A stretch of 60,156 nucleotides of DNA, filler included, from Ionaspis alba (taxonomy: Eukaryota): NCBI GenBank assembly GCA_964255285.1. It is 5 parts of 5 records of this genome, joined end to end, with 100 filler letters (N's around TTAATTAATTAA, not from the genome) between each part and the next. Parts side by side here need not be neighbours in the genome. Positions count along the whole stretch, not along the records: positions 12,099 to 24,092 come from CAXUUL010000529.1; positions 24,193 to 36,118 come from CAXUUL010000530.1; 3 more parts are not named here. The stretch is one strand, 5' to 3'. Of the stretch, positions 12,099-24,386 are shown piece by piece. Position numbers and translations under genes: made by a program. The stretch's first letter is position 1; each line of letters starts with the position of its first letter. Below the pieces are notes generated by a model. It made no database searches, was not told where the DNA came from, and was given only the letters and a program-made list of their open reading frames with translations.

Positions 12099-13905
12099 AG
12101 AGAAATTGTGACCCAAGGTTTAGAAAGATCTGGAGCATGGAATCTCTACATCTCCCACGCCCTGTCAACGTGGAATGCAAGGACGTATGAATTCGCTGTG
12201 GTAAGCTTATTGGTTCCTTTCGTCCAGATTTACAAGACTCATTCATTTTTGTCGCCAGATACTATTCACTGCATCCGCCTTTCCCGATACTCTACTTGCA
12301 TCATCAATTCGGCAAGTTCTCCACACTGTGATTCACTCTTCGGAAATGAAGACTAACCCAAGGGACCAGAGGTCTTTGTAACACATTGGCTGCACTCATA
12401 CTGTCGGCTTCTGTGGGCAGCTGGGTTGACCAGGCACCTTCAAGACTGCGAACCCTACTCATTACAATATCCGCGAACAGAGCTTCCGTCATTCTAGCTT
12501 CCTTCGGATGGATTATGTTGGTGATCAACCCAAGCCCTGCGCTCCTCCCGAGGATCCTTCATATCCAAGATTCGACCAGGCCATGGCTCTTTACTGTCGT
12601 GATCATCCTAGGAATCTGCGAGAAGCTCAGTGGAGTCGGCAACATGATATCCATGGAGAGGGACTGGGTTCCTGTCCTTGCTGTGGATCCAATACCTGCG
12701 CCAACTGGCAGTTTCCGATATACCCTCTCACACCTCAATGCTGTTATGAGACGGATTGACCTGATCTGCAAGCTCCTCGCTCCAGTCGTTATCTCCCTGG
12801 TAATTTCCTTTACATCTATATCTATTGGTGTAATGGTGGTTGCAATTATGAGCTGCGTCAGCTGGGGCTTTGAAATCCTGAGTGCTCGGCAAGTCTGGCA
12901 GAGCAATACACGTTTGCAAGAACGGAGACCCGTAAGAGGGACGTGCGAACCCTCTGGTGCGGAAATTACTCAAAGCCCGCTACCAAACATTGGCAAATGG
13001 ACTGTAAGAGCATCGACCCGTCAGATATACCAGCTCCGTGCCTACTTCAAATCGGATGTCTGGATACCTTCAATCGCTCTCGCCCTGTTACACGTTTCCG
13101 TACTTTCGTATTCAGCTACATTCGTCACTTATTTGCTCAACAGTGGGTTTTCATTGATACTCATCACCGTTGTTAGAGCTACAAGTAGCATTGTCGAGGT
13201 CTCGAGCACTTTCGTCGCCCCTCGGAGTATAGAATACCTCGCACGGTCAAAGAGGGGGCTAAATGGATATGGAGACACGGAACAATTGTTGAGTAATTCC
13301 GAAGGAGAAGCCCGAAAAGACCGACATGCTGTTGGACTCGCTAGAAGTGGACTGTGGGGAATTTCACTCCAGTTGGGATGTCTGGTAAGCCTCTTGTCGT
13401 CGATCCCATATGCTTTCCGTTGAACTAAACTCTCGTATCATAGGTACCTGTGGTTCTGGCAATCTTAGAGCTCCAATTTTCCTCTCCAGATCCAAACCTA
13501 GCCCGTGGGCTAGTCTCCCGGCTCCCTAGCATTATCTCCAATAACCTTTCAGGCTCTATTGTCATACTGATAATGTTCCTTTTTCTATCCCTCTCTCGGC
13601 TAGGTCTATGGATATTCGACTTGACTACTCAAGAGATCACTCAGACTCGTGTACCATCAAGTCAACGTGCCTCATTTGCAGGCACAGAAATGTCCTTTGT
13701 TTCACTTTTCGAACTCACACAATGGATTGTGTCTGCCATCCTCTCGAGACCTCAAGACTTTAAATGGCTTGCACTGGGGAGCTTAGGAGCGGTGGCATGC
13801 TCCTCAGCAATGTACGCGGCTTGGGTTAGGATACAGAGAGGTCATCTGACACATTGGGACGCCGTTGGAAAGCACTGTCATTGCCTTAGAAGTCGAGCAT
13901 CCTGA
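12099..13905 (+). CDS. Ferroportin-like iron exporter (SLC40/FPN1 family), 5' end truncated
   Basis: LYISHALSTWNARTYEFAV, GSWVDQAPSRL, ISMERDWVPVL, LNAVMRRIDLICKLLAP and SRLGLWIFDLTTQEITQ are ferroportin motifs. Introns 12201-12258, 12312-12369 (GC-AG), 13385-13443. Confidence 0.9.
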
Positions 13906-14283
13906 TAGACCAACACAGAGCCGATTTTTTTCTACACGAGTGTTCCAAGCTTGCATTAGGAGGCGTAACTGTTACTGCAAGTTATAAGTAACATAGAGGC
14001 TTTCCTCGGGCAGTTATTCGTATCTATGAGTCTTCGGATCACATCTCAGTTCTTGTGGGTAGCCGAAAATAACAATCAAGGACGCCTTCACCCCACTCGC
14101 TCCTATCATAACGACCAAGCCAACTAAATATGGAGATTATTTTGAGTGCTTCCTTTGTATTCTAAGATTACACAGTAGTCACAATATAGACCATATGGAG
14201 TCCAGAATTGAATATCGCCAAGAATCATGAACGGCGAAATACCAAAAATTCGAATGTCGCAGGGTTCACTCACCTCTGAACTG

Positions 14284-17200
14284 CTAACCCAAGGCATCGT
14301 TCATAATATCTCTCATCACCGGACGGCTTCCTAGTAGTGCTCTCGCCTCTATACCTTGCCTTTTCATTGGAGACTTGGCCATCCGATTCTTGTTGCCTAC
14401 TCCCTTCTTCCCAGGACTGATCTCCTGCCTGACCGGATCGACCGCATTCCTCGGCGCACTGCACTGTGTGACACTATCCTCGAAATAGTGTCCTCCTAAG
14501 TCACCCTCTCGTAAATCCATTCTCCACCCTTGCTCTTGGACGATGCCACAGAACTTCCTGAGGAGCTCGCTGCCCTTCGACATAGTCTCCCAGCTCCCAC
14601 AAATGACCAGCTTCGTCCTCGCCCTCGTCAGGGCCACATTGACCCTCCGCCAGTCTTTCAGCAAGTCACCGATCTGCCCCGAATCGTTGCTACGCACGAG
14701 GGAAAGCACCACAACCTCTTTGTCTCGACCCTGAAACTTGTCCGCCGTGTGCATTTCCACTGCGCCGGAGCGTTCGGAGGCATTGAAGTTGGTGATAGGT
14801 TTGGAGCGCAAAGATTGTCTCAATAAGGCCAGCTGGGACCGATAAAGAGTTATCACGCCAATGTCAGTAGGAACGACACCAACTGTCATGAGCGCAGACA
14901 CAAGCTGAGTCGTCAGGGCTACTTCGCAGGGGTTTGTGATACGTGAGCCTCGTGCAATCTCGCGGGAGGCCGGTCCAAGCGGATCCGTGTTGACAAAGAC
15001 GACTTTGATGGCAGGGTCTATGAGATTACGGATCCAGCAGTTGCCAGATACGTGGCTCGGACAAAAGGTTCTCTGTGATGCAGGAAGCGTGGCTGGGGTG
15101 TGATGGTGTGCGGACAATGCCTCCATGTTCGGAATCGTGATGCTGCGGTTGGCGACATCGGAAGTGCCGCACTTGAGACGACCGTTGTAGATGAGGTTGT
15201 TGCTGAGCGACATGATATCTGCGCACATTCGGTACTGATGCTCGAGGTTGACCACGGATGAGGGATGGGCATCAGATAGGAGTTTGAATAGCGAGATGTC
15301 GAGACCGCCTTGCTGCGCTTCCTTGTTCTGAACCAGGGGTGGAAGTTGGTAGTGGTCTCCCACTAATATGAAGGTCTTGGCCATGCGGATGGGACCAAGA
15401 CAGACTGGTAGGGTGATTTGAGACGCTTCGTCTACAATGCAGTAGTCGAAAGTCCGTTGATTGAAGATAGGATGGTTGATTCCCAAACATGTGGTAGCGA
15501 CAATCTGCTTACCGTAGGCGTCCTTCAGCTCTTCAACCGTTGTTTTGGCAACGCCAGCGAGGTTTGCAAATTCCAGTACTTCTGGATGGACTTTGGCAAC
15601 TGCTCCAATACGAAGGATTCCAATGCTATCAAAGCGGATTTTCAACAAGATGTTNNNNNNNNNNNNNNNNNNNNNNNNNNNNNNNNNNNNNNNNNNNNNN
15701 NNNNNNNNNNNNNNNNNNNNNNNNNNNNNNNNNNNNNNNNNNNNNNNNNNNNNNACATCCTCGATGATCAATTTTCGAAGTGCTTCAGACCCAAAAAGGT
15801 CGCGTTCCATCATTCGAATGAGATTGTTGCGGACCGTCGCCATCCCATTGCTAAACTCGTCCTTGTCGATACGGTACACAACTCGATCTTCAGGATCTCG
15901 AGGCATCGAGGCTGACAGTCGTTGGCCTTCTTCGGTAACCTCCATGATACCCCTGAAAGACTGGTTTGTTTCCGCTTCAAACTCTATTGCTCGCATTCGA
16001 GAGTTGTGTAGTCGACGATCCACAGCCACCGTGATGCTCTCGTTCCGTACTTTGGTGACGTATCCATTAGCTAATGCAAAGTGCCCTTTCTCGTCCGATA
16101 TCACGATCGGTTCACCGACGATGATCTGTGAGTCGGTAAAGGAGAAAGTCCCAAAGGACTCTAGCTTCACAAACGTGTATCTGAAACGATTGATCCTTGG
16201 AGTATCAGTCAATTCGACCGCGGACCCTGGCTTGATCACAACATTGCCGAAGCACCGTCCTACCTTCTCACGCTCCGAGCTTAACATTGTCCACAGCTCT
16301 CGGCGAAACCTCATGGCGTCTTTCTCCTCCTTGGTCAACAGGTCGTCCCATTTCCTGAAGAACTGCTGATGTATAGGACTTAGATGCCGAACTATCACGT
16401 CAAACCTTTCGTTCATTCCACTAGTCTCACCATTCCCATCATCCATCATCTTATGGTAGATGAAGCAGGATGTCTGCGCATAACACTTTCCACAGAGATG
16501 TGGAGACTTGAGCATTGGAGGAAGTTCGAGTCGTTGCCGGACGTAACATGCCAGTTGGTTTCGTTGCATGATCATGTGTCGCAATTCATGTCGAACGCCA
16601 GGAATCCTTGAGATATCGGATGTTTCCATGTAGTACAAGATGCCGTAAGCTATCTGAACATCTATGGAAGTCAACAGTGGTTCATATCAGAGGTCATCGA
16701 CGAGTCGTAGCGATCCTACCGTATCGGTCTGACAGCAAAAGAGTATATAGAGCTGTCTGTGCCTTGTGTGCCGCATTCGAATGGTTCTTGCCAGTCTTGA
16801 CTTCTAACGGGACAGTAAGTGTTCTCTCCTTGTCTCCATCTCTCATGACCACTTGCACGGTGGCATCGACGTTCCCTTTGAGGCCATACTTTGGGGACCA
16901 AATGTGCTCTTCTACGTCAAGAAGCTTGTTTATACACATGATTGCGGAGGTACCGTTGCGATCCTTTACGACACCGCTAGCCTTTTCATAATTAGCACGA
17001 ATTTGCATTGCTTTCTCGGCACACGTTGGAAGTTACCTTAGGCTGTGCCGTTACAAAAACCTCAGCCCAGGATTGCAGCTCAGGTATTTTACTCATCAAG
17101 CGCTCAAGAGCTTGCGTTGTTTCGATATTCATTTCGTACAAGGTTTCCAGGAAACGTGATGTTATGTTCTGGATAGTACTTTGCAGCCATCCCCAGTCCC

Positions 17201-19421
17201 ATCGGTTTGCTTTCATTGCTTCTTGGAAAAGCTCATGAAGAATATTACCATAGAGCTGAGGCTCGCTGGGCTCGTTGGTAGCCTTGACTCGGTCCTGTAG
17301 GACAGCTCGTCGAGTACAGGAGAAAGAGTCTGCCACTACTGTGGCTGAGATGAGATGATCAGGATGTAGGATCAACATGTTCTGACTGTCATCGACAGTG
17401 CAGTGGCCTTGATGGTCGAACTTGCCGATGACATGTATGAAGGCACCGGGGGAGCAAGGGCTGTCGGACCAAGATTCTCGAAGAGTAACCACTTTCCGGA
17501 TTTTTGTCTGCTCCTCCTCGACCGAAAGCACCTTGGCACGTCAGCATAGAACGGGAAGGATTATATCCTGTGGTTTTCACCTTCTCCTGACGTTTGTGGC
17601 CTGTTCTTGTCACGTATGGGCATTCTGCGATTGTCACAATCTGATAGCGATGAATCATCCCATTGTTGCTGTAGGTCTTTGAATTCTTAGTAGCTATCTA
17701 GTGAGACCGAGTGCTGGTGTACGTACGGACGGAGCACCTGCATTCAGAACACTTTGTGTCGCATGAGCACACTCGAGTGCAAGCTCATCAAAATCTGCAT
17801 CAACGCCAAACTCATCAACATCAGACACTATATCCGTACACCTAACAGTTCCGGTCGACTGTTTCATCGAGACCCGTTGGATAGGGTCGCCTTGCGAAAC
17901 ATCTTCCTCGTTATGGACACGACTGTTGGCGTCATTCGCAAATGATTTATCAACATGTCTTTCTTCGAATTTTGCAAACAAACTCTCAAGATCAGCAGCG
18001 TCACAATCTTCATATCCATCGAATTCGTCATGATTCATAACGCGATCAGCAGACACCTCTACTTGACCGGCGGTAGACAGCCGATCGTTTGGTTGTAGTT
18101 CTTCGCCGTTTGGGGCATGAGTGACAAATCTCGAAGGTGCCAGGGCCGACTCCGCGGGCTCATTCTTTCTTCTTTGTGTCCCAATCCCGTCGAGTCTCTG
18201 GATATTCGATGGACTATGGTTTGTGGATATGAGGGCTGCAAGTCTTCCAGACTGTGGCATGATGTCTTGCACACTGGCCTCAAGAGCTTCCAGCATCTCA
18301 ACGTCCAGGAAGTCGTCATCGTCGAACTCAGGTGAGGTATGCCTGCCCTGCAAGACAGGATGCTCCGCTAGTTTACCTCCTTGCGACGATGAATGCGCCT
18401 GTGTATCTTCTCCGACGATATCAGGAAAATTCTGTAAAAGTGGATCATGCGGATTCCCTGATTGGCTTTGTTCGAGTTGCAAGAGCGGCGCCGCAGGCCT
18501 TGATATTTCATTGATCACGGATGGCGATGATACGATAGGAGTCTTTATCTGCCTCTTGTATGAACTTACTTGCAGCTCGCCCTGAATAATGCCAACAAGA
18601 TCCTTGGTGGTTGGGCCAGAAACTAAGTCCATAACTTGACTCGAACTTGTTCCCGTCTTGCGTCGCTTGGCCGGAGAGACCGGCCAATCCGTTGCACAGC
18701 TTTTGGTTCGTCGAAGACTGGAGGTCCCCGCCCTTTGCAAAACCCGACTTGGGCTTGGTGGAGAGGATGAGTGAAGCAGTTTAGGGGGAACTGCGCAGGT
18801 GGGCTTTCGTGGTGTTTGCTTGTCGGGCAAGAATCGCGACCAAGCAAGTTCCATTGGATCGACAACCGATGTCCCTTGTGATTTCGGCCGTACATGGGAA
18901 TTAGAGGGCCCATCATTAAGCTCGAAGTGCTTCGATACTGTGGGCTGGGAGGCCGATTTCTGGGAGAGGCCCTGAACCGTTCCCATTGCCTTTTGCTCGT
19001 CAGAGTCTGTTGTTCCCGAACTCAGGAGGTTGGTGTTCCACGTAACATGATCTACAGGCGTAGAAGTAGGCGTCATTTCTGTACTATCGTGGGCAGGGTC
19101 GAGGAAGATTGTGCGTGACGTTCCTCCCCTCACAGGAGTCTGGGGAAAACCTCGAGGTTCCTTCGTCGCCGAGGTTTGTAAGTGATAATCATGAGGCTGA
19201 CAGGAGCCTCCAGTCATAGACGAAGGTTGTGAAGCATTTGGAGAAACATTCTCTGAATTCTGTGAAAGATCCGCTTGTGCTTTCCTTTTTCCAAGGACCC
19301 TATCTCGACAGGTCGGTTCCGAACGCCGTAGATTGTGTTTGGCCCCGAGCACCGAATCAGACTGCAATGGCATGGGTACCGGTCTGGAAAGTTGAGGTAC
19401 ATTAATAGATCGTGTGAGCAT
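14284..19421 (-). CDS. DNA2: DNA replication helicase/nuclease Dna2 (start codon uncertain; helicase motif I region lies in the N gap)
   Basis: HPDHLISATVVADSFSCTRRAVL, DVEEHIWSPKYGLKGNVDAT, PLEVKTG, the Fe-S Cys cluster CGKCYAQTSC, and SF1 motifs IVDEASQ, LVGDHYQLPP, QYRM, TADKFQGRDK, RRVNVALTRAR. Multi-exon. Confidence 0.95.
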
Positions 19422-19636
19422 GATAACGGAGATCTCAGTGTTGACACGTTATGGTTGACGGGTTTGGGGAAATCATGCTACCACCTATCAGCATGAGAAA
19501 GGAGGGCAAATATTCGTTGCGGAGCATACTCTGGTCCATTGCAGAAGAACCTCTACTGCATGCAACGACCGCAAAAAGTGCACCGTTCGATGATAAGAGC
19601 CACTGCAAGAGCTGGCAATAGCATCTTGTATTTACT

Positions 19637-19658
19637 ACGCGTCTATAGGGGAACGCGT
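19637..19658. promoter_or_regulatory. Tandem MCB (MluI cell-cycle) boxes upstream of DNA2
   Basis: ACGCGT at 19637-19642 and 19653-19658 in the DNA2/ODC divergent promoter. Confidence 0.6.
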
Positions 19659-19947
19659 CTTCGAGGCAGCGATGTCACCACCTTAATGCACATGGCACTA
19701 CTGGGCATAACCGTGCGCATTAATTGTGCAGCAGCCGTGCACTAATTATTTCCTTCCTTTCTGCGAATCATAAGGAGTACGTACCCAGCTTCCATAATTT
19801 GTCGACCCAGTCTCCCTGCTCAATTTGCGACTCTTGCTTATCTGCGACGAGCTCGAATCCACCTGAAGAACGACAAACGTCTTGCGGTGCTCGCCACTAT
19901 TCGATAGATCTTCGAGTCCATCGCATCGCACTTTCAATTATTACAAA

Positions 19948-21068
19948 ATGTCTTCGGAAAAGCCCTTACCCTTCATCTACCAATTTGCGGCCGGTGCTGT
20001 GGCTGGAGTGTCAGAGGTAAAACAATGCGCTTCACGGAGATGTCTCTTTATAGGTGCTGATCTTCACGGCCTTAGATTCTGGTGATGTACGCTCCAACTT
20101 AGGGTTCTGTTCACGGATTTGCTCGCTGATACATTTCAAGGTATCCACTTGATGTGGTAAAGACCAGAGTGTACGTTCAGTCGTCTGATTCTCCGATCTG
20201 TGATTTTTGCTGAAAAAAATAAGGCAACTACAATCGGGCAAAGGCGTTGGCGAAGACGGCTACAATGGCATGATAGACTGTTTTCGCAAAATCGTAAAGA
20301 ATGAGGGCTTTTCAAGATTATACCGTGGCATTAGCGCACCTATATTAATGGAAGCACCCAAAAGGTACTGAGCTATACCATCACCCATACCAGATACACG
20401 TTCTAACACGGCTCAGAGCCACGAAATTTGCAGCCAATGACGAGTGGGGTAAGGTTTATCGCAAGCTGTTTGGGGTAGCCAAGATGGACCAGAAACTCTC
20501 AATCCTGACGGGTGCCACTGCTGGAGCTACTGAAGCATTTGTGGTCGTGCCCTTCGAGCTCATCAAGATCAGACTGCAAGACCGCGCTTCGGCAGGAAAA
20601 TACAATGGAATGATCGATTGCGTTGTCAAGACGGTAAAGGCTGAAGGTCCACTTGCGTTGTACAATGGTCTTGAGAGTACGCTATGGCGCCACATTCTCT
20701 GGAACGCTGGGTATTTCGGCTGCATCTTCCAGGTACGAGAGCTTCTTCCTAAAGCTTCGGACAAAAGCTCGCAGATCCGGAACGACCTTATATCCGGTGC
20801 CACAGGAGGGACCGTTGGCACCATTTTGAACACACCCATGGACGTGGTCAAGTCGAGAATACAGAATTCACCAAAAGTAATGGGTTCGGTGCCAAAGTAC
20901 AACTGGGCATATCCCGCTGTTGGGACTGTGTTCAGAGAGGAAGGATTTTCCGCACTGTACAAGGGCTTTCTACCGAAGGTACTACGGCTAGGGCCTGGAG
21001 GCGGCATTCTACTCGTGGTTTTTACCGGAGTAATGGACTTCTTCAAACAGATGAAAGCAAAGGCATAG
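19948..21068 (+). CDS. ODC1: Mitochondrial 2-oxodicarboxylate carrier (Odc1/Odc2)
   Basis: MSSEKPLPFIYQFAAGAVAGVSEILVMYPLDVVKTRVQLQ is assembled across 11-nt (20076-20086) and 30-nt (20141-20170) exons. Three carrier PxDxxKxR-type repeats; LRLGPGGG. Confidence 0.93.
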
Positions 21069-21290
21069 TTATGGTTTAGACATAGATTGGTTGGTTGCAT
21101 TTTATCTGCCGGTCTATAGATACCCATATAGAACATTGATCAGGGAAACAAGGAGATCATTTTCCGACCATTCTATCTATTTCTCCTTTACTTTTCGCTG
21201 AAGCTCTACCTGCACAATCATTTGCCTCGTGGCCTCGTGCTCGTTGATTATCGTTAAAAACATGTGTAGTTAAACATACTATGAAGCATA

Positions 21291-21956
21291 TCATTCAAGT
21301 CTTCTTCTGGCAAGTCTGTACTCGTCCGAACCAACACCTGCAACGGCCTCCGTAACGAGCTCCCTCAACTCCCGTTGACCCTCTTCTCCCTGAAAGTCCT
21401 CTCTGGCGGCAAGCTCCTGGATCCGCCGTCTGAACTGAGGATCCACACTTGACTGACACTCTATTTCCTGTGATGTCGTATCTATCGTCCCTACATTGAC
21501 AGTCACGTTTGAAGGCAGTGGTGGAGGACGGTTTATCGCTTCCGCAGATTCAGGACCAGTGGCACTGCCCGTCTGACTGCGTGATCGGCTCGCAAACAAG
21601 TAATCTGCAACCGTCGAGAAGTCGCCCTCGGTTCTTATTTTCTCTTCTGCGGCCATGCCCTCTGCATTCTTGATGTCCATATCAGCATTTAGCTCTTCCA
21701 GCAGGATTCGAGCAGCTTCCACAGTTTCCACGACGAACAAGGCAGTCTCCCCGTCTTCATCTCGAGTATTCACATTTACTTGAAACTCATCCACGAGGGT
21801 ACGAAGGAGATCCAGGTGGTTGTACGATGCGGCGGCATGGACTAGGGAGTACCCATGCTCATCTTGGCTTGAGGCCAGATCGGGCTTTGATCGCAGGAGT
21901 GGGAGAAGATGGGGACTGTTATCCGCCGCGAGAAGGAAGGGATTAGAGTGCGCCAT
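21291..21956 (-). CDS. Small ankyrin-repeat protein (yeast YCR051W-like)
   Basis: Single ORF: NPFLLAAD, DEHGYSLVHAAASYNHLDLLRTLV, DEDGETALFVVE, C-terminal ELRELV. Confidence 0.85.
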   Translation of the reverse strand: MAHSNPFLLAADNSPHLLPLLRSKPDLASSQDEHGYSLVHAAASYNHLDLLRTLVDEFQVNVNTRDEDGETALFVVETVEAARILLEELNADMDIKNAEGMAAEEKIRTEGDFSTVADYLFASRSRSQTGSATGPESAEAINRPPPLPSNVTVNVGTIDTTSQEIECQSSVDPQFRRRIQELAAREDFQGEEGQRELRELVTEAVAGVGSDEYRLARRRLE

Positions 21957-22366
21957 TGCAGTAACTTATGGCAAGCTGAAATGTCTGTGGCCTTCGATAT
22001 ACTGTGACGCGACGAGCAAGCCTCGCAGCAAAATGTTTTGATGCCTCATTAAGCGCGAGGATCAATCGGCTAGCGCGTGCAACAGTTCCAACGAGTTGTG
22101 GATAGTGATGGCTTTCACAGAAACATAGTATCTACTTTTGTGTCAAATTGGAGCACTAGGAGACCCCCTGACAGGCAAGCCTTACGGTTGGCCAAAGAAA
22201 GACTGTCTCACCCTGTTTGTGACCAGTCCGGTGTACACGTATGGACCTGCCACCCACATCCTCATTNNNNNNNNNNNNNNNNNNNNNNNNNNNNNNNNNN
22301 NNNNNNNNNNNNNNNNNNNNNNNNNNNNNNNNNNNNNNNNNNNNNNNNNNNNNNNNNNNNNNNNNN

Positions 22367-23670
22367 TTTGGAGGACCCGAGTAGTGTTATGACTAAGGAC
22401 GGCGGATATGATGTTGGGACGTACGTATCAATAGACAGAGTCTCTCGCAGAGATTGCGCCATTGAACCTGTGCTGCCGGCCATGCATGTACCACTTCAGG
22501 GATAGCAATGTTGGACTAGTTTTTCTAGGTACTGAAATGGACGCTAACGGGGTTTGTCTCTGCTTCAAATTTCTTTCCGTATAACTGTCCTTCAAGTTTC
22601 GGTCACGGTGCAGAGATTCATGTCCGCATCCCTCGCTGTTCTTACTTTGCTCCATCAAAGCGTTAGCATGTTGTGGAGAGAGTGAGCAGGCATCTCTGAC
22701 AATCTTCTTCCTCGGTCAGGTTCTTTCCTCTCTTCTCGACTTACATATATAAGCTCTGTAACTCTGAAGACAGCATTCGGTACTCTACTTATTCGGTCTT
22801 GCGAAACTTCAAGGAGGACGGCGTCGTATATCTTGAGCTCCGGACGATTCCGCGAGCTTGCAAAGATCTCTCGAAGGACCAATATGTTGCCACAGTCCTG
22901 GACTGTATCAATGCTTTCAACTCCGAAGACAGCGTCATGACAACAAAGCTCATTCTGGGCATCGATAGGAAAAACACGGCTCAAGAGGCAATGGCTCTCG
23001 TGGATCTGGCCATCATGAACCATGAAAATGGCGTAGTTGGGGTAGATCTGTGTGGCAATCCCACGAAAGGCGACATATCCATTTTCGGCCCAGCTTTTCT
23101 AAAGGCGAAAAGGGGAAGCCTGGGAGTGACACTTCACTTTGCCGAAGTTCCGGTCTCTTCTACAGAGGAGGAGCTACGGACGTTGCTAAGTTATGCCCCA
23201 GATCGGCTAGGCCATGCAATTAATGTGCCAGAGGATTTGAAAGAGATAATTCTCAAGAGGAAGCTGGGGCTTGAATTATGCCTGACGTGCAACGTCAATG
23301 CTAAACTCATAGAAGGTGGGATTGGGCAACACCACTTCGGGTGGTGGAGACAGAAAGACTGCGCTATTGTTCTTTGTGTACGTGTCTTGCCCTGAGCTTC
23401 CTTAGAGCCGAGTCAGGATTGTGGGAGGAGACTAACTGAACTCAGACCGATGATGTGGGAGTATTTGGCAGCGATCTGTCAAATGAGTATCTTCTAGCTG
23501 CGAAGCACTTTGGACTTGGAAGAAAGGAGTTAGTGGAGCTCTGCTACGGCACTGTTGAAGTGATATTCGGGGGAGAGCAAGAGATGTCAAGAATCCGGAG
23601 CCTCATAAAGGCATTTGAAGTAAACATTCAATCTTCGAGTGCGAGCAGAGATGGCTACTGGGCCGGATAG
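22367..23670 (+). CDS. ADAL: Adenosine deaminase-like protein (ADAL/MAPDA, N6-methyl-AMP deaminase family), 5' end in gap
   Basis: LEDP..YDVGT|FFPLFSTYIYKL (intron 22421-22719), DGVVYLELRTIPR, VVGVDLCGNP, TLHFAE, DRLGHA, ELCLTCN, C|TDDVGVFGSDLSNEY (intron near 23378-23446). Confidence 0.88.
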
Positions 23671-24092
23671 AGCATGTGAACGCGATTTTATGGATGATCT
23701 CCTACCATACGACTTCGCTTACGAACGTCAGCCAGGAACAAATATTGTCTTCTTCAGACCCGCATGAGAACATCGTCATCTACATCTCTCGTGGCTATCA
23801 ACAGACAATGCCATAGATTATGTTTAGATTCTTGGTAAAATAACAAAGAAACAAAGAATACGTTGATGATGACCGTATACCGTCCATGTACGTCACCCTC
23901 AACTTGCAGCTCAGCAACTCTAATAGCTGTCTGAAGCTACATATCACTTTGCGGTAACTTGCTAGATTTCCGCAAAAGTTCTTAACAAGCCATATCTCAC
24001 TCAATTCTGAACCCTTCTCCACCATTGAACCTCCCCCTCAGTGGCTAGGCTTACGAGTCTACCACCCGAGGTGCCGTCAATGCCCATGGAAA

Positions 24093-24192
24093 NNNNNNNN
24101 NNNNNNNNNNNNNNNNNNNNNNNNNNNNNNNNNNNNTTAATTAATTAANNNNNNNNNNNNNNNNNNNNNNNNNNNNNNNNNNNNNNNNNNNN
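24093..24192. other. Artificial scaffold linker
   Basis: N44-TTAATTAATTAA(24137-24148)-N44. Confidence 0.97.
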
Positions 24193-24386
24193 CGGGCGCC
24201 TGCTGCATGCAGTTTATTGTTTTTGGCCACTCACCGTGCCGCCAAATCAAGCACAAAAATCTCCACATGAGAACCCGTCGAGGGCATACAAAGGCTTGCT
24301 TTGAGCCTTGTCCCTCGTAGTTGCTCCGACTTTCGTCTCTCAAAACTGGACTACCGAGCACTTGTTATCACCGTTTTATAACCATC

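Noticed and set aside
23735..23830. Kinase-like PHENIV peptide downstream of ADAL
   Set aside because: A single short motif with nearby stops and no other kinase subdomains.
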